A stretch of 58,368 nucleotides of DNA, from positions 1 through 58,368 of the IMG/VR virus record IMGVR_UViG_3300033512_000032, one strand, 5' to 3'. This DNA is from a virus. The notes beneath the pieces were generated by a model. The model was not told the origin of the DNA. It did no database searches and was given only the letters and a program-made list of their open reading frames with translations. The stretch's first letter is position 1. Every line of letters begins with the position of its first letter. The position numbers were made by a program, and so were the translations under genes. Below are positions 22,934-33,800 of this stretch, in pieces.

Positions 22934-24441
22934 AAGGTTTAGCAAATGAGTTTCATAAAGTCTTTGCAGGTTTAGATAGGGCTTATGGCACATATAATGT
23001 CACAACGGAAAAGGGGTCTGGGAAGAAAATTGGCGCCGCTGCAATTATAAAGAAAATTGTGGATTCTAACCTTTGGTACAATCATTTAGTTGGTAAACAA
23101 GGTATTGGCATTATACCTATTAATGATGACTCATGCTGTAATTTTGGAGCAATAGATATAGATGTCTACACTGGCCTTAATATCCCAAATATTTTAAAGC
23201 AAGTGCGACAATTAAAGTTTCCATTGATACCATGCCGATCTAAATCAGGTGGCTGCCATTTATTTATATTCACTAGTGAAGAAGTACAAGCGGAATTATT
23301 AGTAACTAAGTTAAAAGAAATGGCCGCAGTCCTAGGTTATGGGAACTGTGAGATCTATCCAAGACAAATAAAAATTCTAGTAGAACGCGGCGATATTGGC
23401 CAATTCATTAATATGCCTTACTTCAATGGTGTCAAAGGTCTGAGGTATGCCATTGATGAAAATGGTGCACCTATTTCGCCTGAAGATTTTCTCAAATTAG
23501 TTACTCAGTTCCGTCAAACAAAAGATCAATTGTCAGCAGTCAAAGTAGATATGAGACCGGACCTCGAAGACGGCCCGCCATGTTTACAATATCTTATAAC
23601 GCAAGGTTTTCCTGAAGGTACACGAAACGATGGTCTCTTTAATCTTGGCGTTTATTTATTAAAAGCTTTTCCAGATACTTGGAAAGATAAAATCGAAGAT
23701 TATAACCGTGAGTATATGGATCCTCCATTACGGGCGGTTGAGATACAGGGAGTCATAAAGAGTTTAGAGAAGAAAGATTATTTCTACACATGTGATAAAG
23801 CGCCAGTAGTTTCTTACTGCAATAAAGCATTATGTATGACAAGGAAGTTTGGCATTGGCGTAACAGGGATGCCTGTCCTTAGTAGTCTCACAAAGTACGA
23901 CTGTAACCCACCCATCTGGTTTGTCAACGTAGATAATGGTGGAAGAATAGAGTTACTAACTGAAGACCTACAGAATCAATTACGCTTTCAGAAACGCTGC
24001 ATTGAGTCTCTAAACATCATGCCCCCTGTCATAGCAAAAAATCAATGGCAGCAATTAATACAGAAACTTCTTGACAAAGTAATTATAATAGAAGCCCCAG
24101 CAGACGCTTCTCCAGGTGGCCAACTGTTAGAGTACCTAGAAAAATTCTGCTCATCACGAGCTCAAGCTCAAAGTAAAGATGAAATCTTATTAGGCAAACC
24201 TCTTACAGAAAACAAACACCACTTCTTTCGCATGAGTGACTTCATGGCGTATCTCGAACGTAATCATTTCCGTGAGTTTAAAGTAAACAAAATAACTTCA
24301 ATTATTAAAGATCAATTAAAAGCAGAGCATCATTTCTTTTTACTTAAAGGTAAAGGTGTAAACTGCTGGTCTATACCTGAATTTAAAAGACAGACTGAAT
24401 CTCATGATGTGCCTGATTTCGATGATTCGCAGCCATATTAG
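22930..24441 (+). CDS. Archaeo-eukaryotic-type primase-polymerase (prim-pol) with PriCT-like domain
   Basis: AEP motif I GAIDIDVY and motif II SKSGGCHLFIF. PriCT-like FPEGTRNDGLFNLGVYLL. No Walker A motif was seen. Confidence 0.7.
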   Translation: MKGLANEFHKVFAGLDRAYGTYNVTTEKGSGKKIGAAAIIKKIVDSNLWYNHLVGKQGIGIIPINDDSCCNFGAIDIDVYTGLNIPNILKQVRQLKFPLIPCRSKSGGCHLFIFTSEEVQAELLVTKLKEMAAVLGYGNCEIYPRQIKILVERGDIGQFINMPYFNGVKGLRYAIDENGAPISPEDFLKLVTQFRQTKDQLSAVKVDMRPDLEDGPPCLQYLITQGFPEGTRNDGLFNLGVYLLKAFPDTWKDKIEDYNREYMDPPLRAVEIQGVIKSLEKKDYFYTCDKAPVVSYCNKALCMTRKFGIGVTGMPVLSSLTKYDCNPPIWFVNVDNGGRIELLTEDLQNQLRFQKRCIESLNIMPPVIAKNQWQQLIQKLLDKVIIIEAPADASPGGQLLEYLEKFCSSRAQAQSKDEILLGKPLTENKHHFFRMSDFMAYLERNHFREFKVNKITSIIKDQLKAEHHFFLLKGKGVNCWSIPEFKRQTESHDVPDFDDSQPY

Positions 24442-24453
24442 AAAGGAGACTGT

Positions 24454-24666
24454 ATGAGTTTAACACGACCAATTAAACCTAGTGAATTAGAACTTGTAGA
24501 ATATTTAGAGAAAAGATTTGATAGTTATCAGGGCATTTTAACAATGTGGGAAAAGCATTTTATGACTGATGTTATTGGCAAATATCGACAATATAAGTCT
24601 AATATGCTATTGTCAAATAGCCAAGTAAATCAATTACTTAAAATATCTGAGAAGGTGCCGATATGA
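24454..24666 (+). CDS. Hypothetical protein (70 aa)
   Basis: ORF preceded by TAGAAAGGAGACTGT. Confidence 0.7.
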   Translation: MSLTRPIKPSELELVEYLEKRFDSYQGILTMWEKHFMTDVIGKYRQYKSNMLLSNSQVNQLLKISEKVPI

Positions 24667-26156
24667 GTAAAATAAAAATTATACTAGGACCTCCGGGCAC
24701 TGGCAAGACGGAACGGTTACTGAAATTAGTGGAACAGTATATCTCGCAAGGTGTTCAACCACACCAAATAGGGTTTCTTGCTTTTACAAAGAAAGCTGCC
24801 AATGAAGCAAAGCAACGTGCTATAAAGAAGTTTGGCTTAAATGAAAGAGACCTAGTATATTTCAGAACAATACACTCATTGGCGTTTAGACAACTTGGTT
24901 TATCTAAGGTTCAGGTCATGCAGCGGGAACATTATATAGAACTAGGTGAGAGATTAAATATTGAAATAACTGGTAGTGTTGATATGGACGAAGGGTCCCA
25001 GGCCTATGGTATGAGGTCAGGGGATCGTCTAATCTTTATTGATGGTCTTGCTCGTGCGAAGATGATTACTTTAAGACAGCAGTGGGAAAGTGGAATCAAT
25101 GAAGATACCGACTGGTTCGAACTTGAGCGAGTTTCTAAAGGATTAAAGAAGTATAAAGAAGCTAATGGTCTTGTAGACTTTACAGATATGGTAGAACTAT
25201 TCTATAAGCAAGGGCACGTACCACCACTCAAAGTTCTCTTAATCGATGAAGCTCAAGATTTGTCAAAGTTGCAATGGCTAGCTATTAACCATATAATAGA
25301 TAAGACTGAAAATGTTATTGTGGCTGGTGATGATGATCAAGCAATCTTTGGGTGGTCAGGGGCAGACACTGAATACTTCATTAATCTTCCTGGTAAAGTT
25401 GAAGTACTTAATATCAGTTACAGAGTTCCGAGGTCTGTGCAGAAAACGGCCCTGTCATTGGTAACACAAATAAGAAATCGTCGTAAGAAAGAGTGGCAGT
25501 CACGTGCAGCAGAGGGGTTAATCTCCTGGCACAACGAATTAGACACAGTTCCATTAGAAAAAGGTGAGTGGCTACTACTTGCGCGTAACGGGTATATGTT
25601 AAAACAGTTTGAAGACCACTGCATATTGTCAGGATTTTCATTTGATGGTAGATATAGTCCATTGAAATCTCCATCATTAACTGCTATAAGATATTGGGAA
25701 CAGCTGCGACGTGGTGAAAGTGTAACACCAGATCAAGTAAAAAAGATTAACAGCTATATGCTGCCACATGTAAGATTTAAAAACTTACAGAAATTATCTA
25801 TGTATGAACATCTTACAATGGCAATATTAAAACGTGAATTTGGTTTAACAACAGAGGCGATATGGCACGAGGCCCTAGGCAAGATTTCACCTTATGAGCG
25901 TGAGTACTTCATTAGTGCAAGACGTAAAGGAGAAACATTAATAGGAAAACCACGCATAAAGATAAGTACTATACATGGAAGTAAAGGTGGAGAAGCAGAA
26001 AATGTATTAGTAATGTCAGACATCGCGCCTCGTACCTATGATGAAATGGGAAAGGATTTAGATAGTGAATTGCGAACATTTTATGTAGGTGTAACTCGTG
26101 CGAAGGAAAGTTTACATATGCTTAATCCTCAAACAAATATGTACTTTTCTATGTAA
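24663..26156 (+). CDS. UvrD/Rep-like SF1 DNA helicase
   Basis: Walker A GPPGTGKT, Walker B LLIDEAQDLS, VAGDDDQAIFGWSGA, SYRVP and TIHGSKGGEAENVLV. Confidence 0.88.
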   Translation: MSKIKIILGPPGTGKTERLLKLVEQYISQGVQPHQIGFLAFTKKAANEAKQRAIKKFGLNERDLVYFRTIHSLAFRQLGLSKVQVMQREHYIELGERLNIEITGSVDMDEGSQAYGMRSGDRLIFIDGLARAKMITLRQQWESGINEDTDWFELERVSKGLKKYKEANGLVDFTDMVELFYKQGHVPPLKVLLIDEAQDLSKLQWLAINHIIDKTENVIVAGDDDQAIFGWSGADTEYFINLPGKVEVLNISYRVPRSVQKTALSLVTQIRNRRKKEWQSRAAEGLISWHNELDTVPLEKGEWLLLARNGYMLKQFEDHCILSGFSFDGRYSPLKSPSLTAIRYWEQLRRGESVTPDQVKKINSYMLPHVRFKNLQKLSMYEHLTMAILKREFGLTTEAIWHEALGKISPYEREYFISARRKGETLIGKPRIKISTIHGSKGGEAENVLVMSDIAPRTYDEMGKDLDSELRTFYVGVTRAKESLHMLNPQTNMYFSM

Positions 26157-26174
26157 AGTGATTAAAACATGAGA

Positions 26175-26197
26175 CCACAGGACTCCATTAGTCTCAC
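26175..26197 (+). repeat. 23-bp conserved element CCACAGGACTCCATTAGTCTCAC, copy 2
   Basis: Identical to 13408..13430. Followed by TCTATAAAATG. The flanking TGAGAC/GTCTCA can close a hairpin (26170..26196). Confidence 0.9.
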
Positions 26198-26274
26198 TCT
26201 ATAAAATGACCTATATAATATTAGGTTTAAATATTACGAGAAAAATTAATGAAACGATTAGAAAGGAGAATTAG

Positions 26275-27741
26275 ATGACGGACTATCATTTTAAAACTAC
26301 CCCATACAAGCATCAGTTAGAAGTATGGGAATCAAGTAAAGAAAGAGTTGATTTTGCTTTGTTCATGGAAATGAGGACCGGGAAAACGAAGGTAGTTATA
26401 GATACTGCCGCATGGCTATATGATCAGGGTAAGATAGATGGTCTACTTATTATAGCGCCTAAAGGTAATTATCGTGATTGGTTAGATATAACTGATGACG
26501 GTGTACGTGAAGGTCAGATAGTTGATCATATGCCTGAGCATGTAAAGTTCTATGCAACTTACTGGTCGTCATATCAGAATCAATTCTTACGTCAGACATA
26601 TCAACGGTTAATGAGACCATCAGATGAGTTACATATTCTTGTGTTAAACGTTGAAGCCCTGTCACACAAAACAGGGGTTGACTTTGCCAAGAAGTTTCTG
26701 AATACTCATACATGTTTAATGGCAATTGATGAGTCAACAACTATTAAAAATAAAAGTAAACGTACTCAGAATGCAATTAACTTAGGCGGTTATGCGAAGT
26801 ACCGGCGTATATTAACTGGCAGACCTATTACAAAGAATCCTATGGATTTGTACTGGCAGTGCTGCTTTCTTGACCATAGGCTCCTTGGGTTCAGTTCGAT
26901 CTTTGCATTTAGGAATCGATACGCAGTTGTACAGAAGATGCATTTTGGTAATAGGTCCTTTGATAAAATTGTCGGTTTCCAGAGACTAGAAGAATTGACC
27001 GGGAAACTCGAACCTTTTAGTTACCGCATTCGCCAAGACCAATGTTCAGATATACCTGAGAAAACGTATAAGTATCACTATGTTGATATGACGCCTGAGC
27101 AAGAGCAGTACTACGCACAGATGAAACACATGGCTATAGTACAGTTAAGTGCGACTGATATTATAACTGCGCCTATGGTTATGACGAAGATGCAGAAGTT
27201 ACACGAAATAGTTTGCGGTTTTATTCGTGACCCAGACTCTGGTGTGCTAACTGAAATACCTAATAATCGTTTACAGGCAGTATTAGATATACTTGAAGAA
27301 ACAGACCGCAAAGTAATTATATGGAGTACCAATACCTATGACATCAACAAATTATATGAAGTTCTCTGTAAAGAATACGGTGAAGAATCATCAGCCAAGT
27401 ATCACGGTGGAACTAGTGATAACGACAGACAAGACATTAAGCGACGATTTCAAAACCCTAATGACCCGTTACGTTTCTTCATTGGCAACCCTTCTACAGG
27501 AAAATTCGGTCTCACTTTAACAGAAGCAAAGGTTATGATCTACTACGCAAATGACTATAATCTAGAGAATAGACTTCAAAGTGAAGAACGGTCACAGTTC
27601 CTTGCACAAAAAGAAAGTTTACTTGTAATTGATCTGATGACAAAGAATACAGTTGATGAGCGGTATGTTAAGGTATTACGCGAAAAGAAGAACTTATCTG
27701 ATGTAGTTATTGGTGATGACTACAAACAGTGGTTAACTTAA
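26275..27741 (+). CDS. SNF2-family helicase/translocase
   Basis: Motif I MEMRTGKT, motif II AIDESTTIKN, and a C-terminal helicase domain with FFIGNPSTGKFGLTL. Confidence 0.85.
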   Translation: MTDYHFKTTPYKHQLEVWESSKERVDFALFMEMRTGKTKVVIDTAAWLYDQGKIDGLLIIAPKGNYRDWLDITDDGVREGQIVDHMPEHVKFYATYWSSYQNQFLRQTYQRLMRPSDELHILVLNVEALSHKTGVDFAKKFLNTHTCLMAIDESTTIKNKSKRTQNAINLGGYAKYRRILTGRPITKNPMDLYWQCCFLDHRLLGFSSIFAFRNRYAVVQKMHFGNRSFDKIVGFQRLEELTGKLEPFSYRIRQDQCSDIPEKTYKYHYVDMTPEQEQYYAQMKHMAIVQLSATDIITAPMVMTKMQKLHEIVCGFIRDPDSGVLTEIPNNRLQAVLDILEETDRKVIIWSTNTYDINKLYEVLCKEYGEESSAKYHGGTSDNDRQDIKRRFQNPNDPLRFFIGNPSTGKFGLTLTEAKVMIYYANDYNLENRLQSEERSQFLAQKESLLVIDLMTKNTVDERYVKVLREKKNLSDVVIGDDYKQWLT

Positions 27742-27745
27742 AAAC

Positions 27746-27780
27746 GACAGGGGTTCCTGGGAGAAGCAAGAACCCCTGTC
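27746..27780. terminator. Bidirectional terminator at the convergence of the plus and minus blocks
   Basis: GACAGGGGTTC / GAACCCCTGTC form a perfect 11-bp GC-rich stem with a 13-nt loop, flanked by an A-run upstream on the plus strand only. It lies between the two converging genes. Confidence 0.8.
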
Positions 27781-27813
27781 AACTACCCAACTAACACAGT
27801 ACAACGCGGGTTT

Positions 27814-30800
27814 TTATTCGTTAAACATTCCCATATACATGGACTTGCTTGGTTTATATAATGCTTTTGCTTGAGTCTTTAAAGTCTGATTCGTTATAAA
27901 CGGAATCTGACCAGCTTTTTTAGACTTCATAATGGCATTATTATAGTTACTTATATCATCCATGATAGACTTCATATCTTTACTCGAACCTTTATCAATT
28001 ACATAGTCACGCCACCGCTCGAGAATCTTATCATGCTTCACTTTATAAGAAGCAATTTCACGTTTAGTTTCCCAAGTACGTTCACCCATGGTTGCTTGTT
28101 CAGCAGATCTAAAACCAACTAACCGAGCAGCAGTTTCCATAGTAGATGGTATGTAGGGTTTTCCACTATCATCCCAGACCCTCTGACCTTTTGTAGTAGT
28201 AACGCCGTTAAGTTCTCTAATTGCTCTAAAAACATTTGCAAAACCAGTAGGCAATACTTTTTCTGCTGCTCTGCCGGGTTGCCCAATCTGTAGGAAATGC
28301 ATAGCATCTTCTACATCTTTATATAGGCCGCCGCCAATACCGAATAACTCATAGAAATTCCGTGGTGTTCCTACACCAATTGACATTGACCCAGATACAT
28401 CTAAATTTGCGGCACCGAGTAAACCATGTCTCCCAATACGCTCTGGAGTTTTACCTAGTTTCTTTCTTATCCAATCCCAGAAACCTTTTTCAGGATCGTC
28501 ATCAGAACCCATGGCTTTAAACATTACTCCCACAATTCCAAATAAAAGATTCTTCATAGGAATAACTGTTGCACCACCAAGGATGACAGGGGATATTAGG
28601 CCATATAAGAAAGCTTTAATGTTTCCTTTACGTACCCCCGTATCATAGAGCATTTGTAAGTAGTTGTGAGGGAACTTTCCAAATGTGTATAGTACCTGAG
28701 ATAACCGGGCAGCAGGCCCAGTTCCCTGGCCAACGGCGAGTTGTGTAGATTTACCATATATGCCATGGGCTTTATCAGACACATCGTGAGCTTTTCTAGT
28801 AACTTCACGACTATCCATATCTGGATTATTTTCTTTTATTAACCGATATGCAGCAAGCATCGTTGTTCCACGTATCCATTGCTCTGATTTACCAAATAGA
28901 TACATTGCTGTAGCCATTGTTTTTGCCCATACTTTGCCGTGTGCTCTTTGAATAGTTCCAAGAGCATCTCTAGTATATTGAGGTGAATCATAACCACGTT
29001 GTTTTATTTCATCAATGAAGGCTTGTTCACCCTTATCATCAAGTTTCTGGCCAAGCATAACTTTACGGTAGTCATTGGAAGCAATTGAAAGAGCGCCCAT
29101 GATCTTGGTCAGAGATCCTTTGCCATCTAAACCATACTGGTGGATTGCTGTAGGAACTGTGGTCGCAAGAGATAAAATGTTCACCACAGGTGACCTTAAG
29201 TTAAACCCAAGATATTTAAATGATGCAAGACTCTTGATTAAACCAACAAGTCTATCTGCTGCATCTGAATTACGCAGTTGTTCTTCAATATATTTAGTAG
29301 CGGTGTCATAGGCCCGAGGTTCTTTTGCTGGGTCTATACCACCAATAAGCTTTTTATCTTTACCAGTACCTTCATAGTGACCAGCTAAAGTTTCAAACAT
29401 ATCTTTTGCTGCTTCACCTTTAGCAACACCTGCCGCTATATTATTAATGTACCGTACGAATCTTTCATTAGGATCTGTAATATAACCACGAATAGCATCA
29501 CCAGGTTTACGAGTAACCATTGAAGCACGGAAACCGCGAACACGGATAAGGTCTGCGACTTCTTTTAAAAGTTCTTCATTAAACTTTATTTCGAGTTCTG
29601 GATCTATACCTTCAACACGTTGCATTGCAGTTTTAATTGCTTGCTGTGTATTGATAATCCGTAATGAAGCATAAACGTCTTCAGGAAGTCTTTCACGTTC
29701 AAAGATTTCTTCGACCTTGTAACCTTTACGCTCGAGTTCTCGTTTCAATAACTCTGCTGCGAAACGATTTGATTTATGATACCGCACCACTTTATCGAAG
29801 CGCTTACCTTTAACTACATATTCTCCAGTCTCACGTAAACGAGGAGCATATGTTCCTTTCAATGAACCCATACGAGCGAGAACTGCTTTAAGATTAATAG
29901 TCTCTGGTTTTCCATCTTCATTAAGAGTTACAAACTCAGGGTATTTCGGTTTTGTATTATCTTTTTCTGCTTGCTTCTCTATGCTAGCAACTAGTTTCTT
30001 CATTGGTTCCATTAGAATATCTAGTGCTACATCATATGATCTTCTGTGCGCTTTATATAGGTTAATTACATCTTGACCAACACCTTCATTCTGGAAGTGC
30101 TGCTCCCATGTAGGTATGTTGTCTCCATAACCTTTTTTCCATTCACCAGTGTCAATCTGGTCTTTCATCTTTTCAAGTTGCTTGTATTCCTTGGACGTCT
30201 CGCCTTTGACTATTTGTGTAGTAGTTAAACCTCTATGCATTAACTTCATATTTGCTTCAATGATGTCAGAAGAATTTTCCCAGGTTCTCTGCTTCATTGT
30301 TTCAGGATTAACTTCCATTTCATTAAGCAAATTGAATAGTTCAAAGTACCGATCGTGCCTGTCAATTGCTGCACGAACAATCTTCTGCATAGTAGGATGC
30401 TTGTACCACTCAGGAGACATCAGATAACGTTCTGCCCAATGCATTGCTGGTTGGTTCTTTGGTAACTGCATTACCATTGTCTTCAGCATTGCATAAGCCT
30501 GGTCATCGAATAAATTCTTCAACTCCTGTTTCGGCGTGTCAGGGGTTATGTCCTGATAGTCTACAATGCGGAATCGGCCACGAGGTTCTTCTTTTTTAGG
30601 TACTAGTTTAAGACTAGGTTTATAATCAGAATCTATATTAAGTGAAATTCCATTCTCATTAACTGATAACTCAGGTCTAGGTCCATTTCTTAATTCATTC
30701 CATGGTACTGCACCTTCAGTCTCTAATTCATTTTCCGTTTTATACTTAGCATCTTCGACCTGATACTTAGCAATATTTTTACTTGTATCTATATCCAGTA

Positions 30801-33800
30801 AGAAAGATTTGTTTTTATTAACACTTTTAAAGTTGTCTATAGCAGTAAAAATACTATTTATTGTTTTATCAGATAAAAACATTCCCAGTTCTTCTTTAAT
30901 TGCAGAAGGTTTAAATGTGCTAAATGGTAAGGCCATTATACTAGCATTTGACTTTTGCTCTATTACACCAGTACCATCAGGTCTAAGTAAAAAGATTAAG
31001 TTATTTAGTTTTGAATCACTAAAGTCAATTTCACCGTCTTCGTCTTCGTCTTCAGGAACATAATTTAATTTGCGAATATCTTCATCATTAAGTTTGATAT
31101 AGTTATTGATAGGCGACAATGCGTAGTCGACAATACTGAATCTACCGCGAGGTTCTCTAAATTTATTTAGTGGAGAATTATATACTATCTTAGGGTTAGT
31201 TACTTTTTTAAGTTGACCAATAGAGGTAACTACTCCTGATTTTACTACTTTTGTAGTTGTATAATCAGTTACGTCATAAATAATTTCTCCACTATCTGCC
31301 TCATCAAAAGCAAATGAAATAGAATCTAATTGTTCTTGCGTTAATTTATGGTGATTGGGAATTTCTACATAGGCATTTCCATCATCAAGGTTTGTTCTAA
31401 TAAGTCCTACTTCTGTAAATAATTTTCCAAGTAAATCCCCAGTAAAACTATCAAACCCACTTACTAATTGTTTATATATGTCTGGATATTTGCTTTGAAG
31501 AACCTCAATGATCCGACTATGTGGTCCACCTAAAACAACTGCTGTTCCATCAGGTAATATTAGACCAGAATCATATGGAAAGCCATATTGTTCAGTGGGA
31601 AATGATTCTTTAATCGCGTCAATTATTTTCTGAGCATAATTGGTTTGTGTAGCAGTAAGAGTTTTTTCAGTTTTACTAAACCACGGTTGACCTTTCTCAA
31701 CTACTGACTTTGCCATTTCAGGTGTGACTGTGAAGCCGGGTTGCTTAGAAAGTTCTTTACGTTCAATAGGTTGCTTAGCGTTAAAATCTCTTAAGATTTG
31801 CTCACTATTATCTTCAATCCAATCATCAAGGTCTTCTTCGCTATTAAACTGTTTACTATATTCTATACTGCCATTTGGGTTAAGCACATTTATTGTTAAA
31901 TTATCATAGTTTGATACAATATGTGTACCTTCTTCTAAATTCCAGGCTGCTGTGCCTTCACCTAAAATAGCCTTTGGCAATGGTTTATCGAGATGCATAC
32001 TTATTGTCTCGAGTCTTGCGCCCCACTGCTTGATATATTTTTCAGTCCAGTTCTTTAACTTCTCATCATAGAATGATTCCATACCTTCACCACCAATCTC
32101 GATATCGAGATTGGTATAGTGAGCAGTATGTTGTGCAGTATTAGAATTGTCATATATTGGTTCATTACTTAACATGCTACTGGGAAATAAAAGCGATGGC
32201 AATTTTTTAATTGCTCTAACAGCAAGTTCTTTACCTACATAATCAACTAACTTTTCATATGTGTCTGCTGCTTTTTGCAGTACTTGGGTGCCATCTTTTT
32301 TAGCAGTTACACCATAAGCACCAGGTAACTTTCTAATAATCACTTCATCAACTCGTTCTGCAATAATTCCTGGGTAGCGCTCTTGCTGCTGCTTACCCGT
32401 GGTCCAAGCGACGGAGTCAAAGTTATTATCAACAGCGTAGCGAATCATCCTCTTCATGAGGACCACATGCCAGTTCTCTAGGAACGGGGCAGTAGGTATT
32501 TGCTGTGAAAGTTCTCCACCTTCTACTATACTAAAATCTTGTTGTCCTAGTAACTTCTGCCAGGAGTTAAGAGCAGTTTGTGCTGCTTCTCTAGTGTTGT
32601 AGTGGCCAACTCGTGCCTCACCATTCATTACATGGTAAACTTGCTTTGTGTTAAAACCATATTTCTTTGCGTCTTGCAACCAGTCACTCTGAATTTCTTC
32701 AATGAACAAGACTCTCCGACCTTGGTCGTCGATTCGTTCATTAAACCGTATGTGCCCTAAAACATTGGCCTCGTGCCAGTGAGAGGATTGGTATAATGTT
32801 TTAGCACGTTTAGAACTGTCATTAGTTAATACGGTGACAGCATGTTCTGCTTTGGACGGATTGTTCCAACTAGATATAACTCTATCTGTATTATCATAAA
32901 CGTACCAGTTGCCATCTTCAGCACTATACTCAACTCTATATGTAACCTTAGACTTTGGCGCTTCAGTTGGGCTCCAGATCAGAAGTAATTCCCTCTGATC
33001 TTTGCCGCCGGACAGTACCCACTGATCATGTCTTAGATTACCGGAACGGCCAGTACCATCAATATAACTATCTGGATCATCATATAGTATTTCACGATCA
33101 GATTCATAGTCATCGATAATGGCATAAACCTTGTCTAACTCACCTTCAGTTAATTTGATACCAAATGGGTCAAGTACATCTATAAATGAAGGAACAGAGA
33201 ACTTGTTTACATTATCAAAACAACTGTCATATATACTTTGAAGAAACTCATCCTCAAAAGTATCATTATTTAATGCTGCCTGTAAACCATTTTGCCCTGC
33301 ATTTTCTATAGCAATAGTAAACAACCTGCCAGTAAGTTCTATTTGTATGTCACCCAAATTATCAAGTGCAGTCTCTGTAAAATAATTGATGTTAGTGTTA
33401 CTACCAACTGTAACTGTTTGCTCACTAATCCAGTTATGCAGTTCAGTTATCATGTCATCTGTAGCATTATCACCGTCTGCTTCCCATTCATTTGAAAACT
33501 CTTGTAGGTAGGTTGTTTGTTCCGGTGTTAAAATATAATTACCAAGAAGTATTTCACTGGCTGATAATTGTGGCATAGGGATTGTGGTACCAGGAGCTTT
33601 ATCACTATGCATTACTTCTTCAACTTTAATCTGATTTGCACTTAAGAAGTTAATGAAGTCTTGCTTATTAATTTTCTCTTTCCCTTTAAGATACTGCTCA
33701 ACTCCCATCCATTTTAACTCTGCCGGTTTAACAAACTTATTCAGCCAATTGACGAGTGACTGAGGTTTAGTAGGCATATCAGTTCGAGTAGTAACAGTTT

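Noticed and set aside
29827-29834. The 8-mer AGTCTCAC as a stand-alone regulatory signal
   Set aside because: The same 8-mer also occurs inside the giant gene on the non-coding strand. Only the longer 10-mer and 23-mer contexts are treated as meaningful.
32681-33490. Short strings in the giant protein resembling polymerase motifs
   Set aside because: The strings are IDGTGRSG (like T/DxxGR), EADGD (like DxDGD) and RVLFIEEIQSDW (like family A motif A). Each is only 4-6 residues. The order and spacing do not reproduce the T7-like or two-barrel motif sets, and no motif B (RxxxKxxxxxxxYG) or HD(S/A) motif C was found. This is insufficient to call a virion RNA polymerase.
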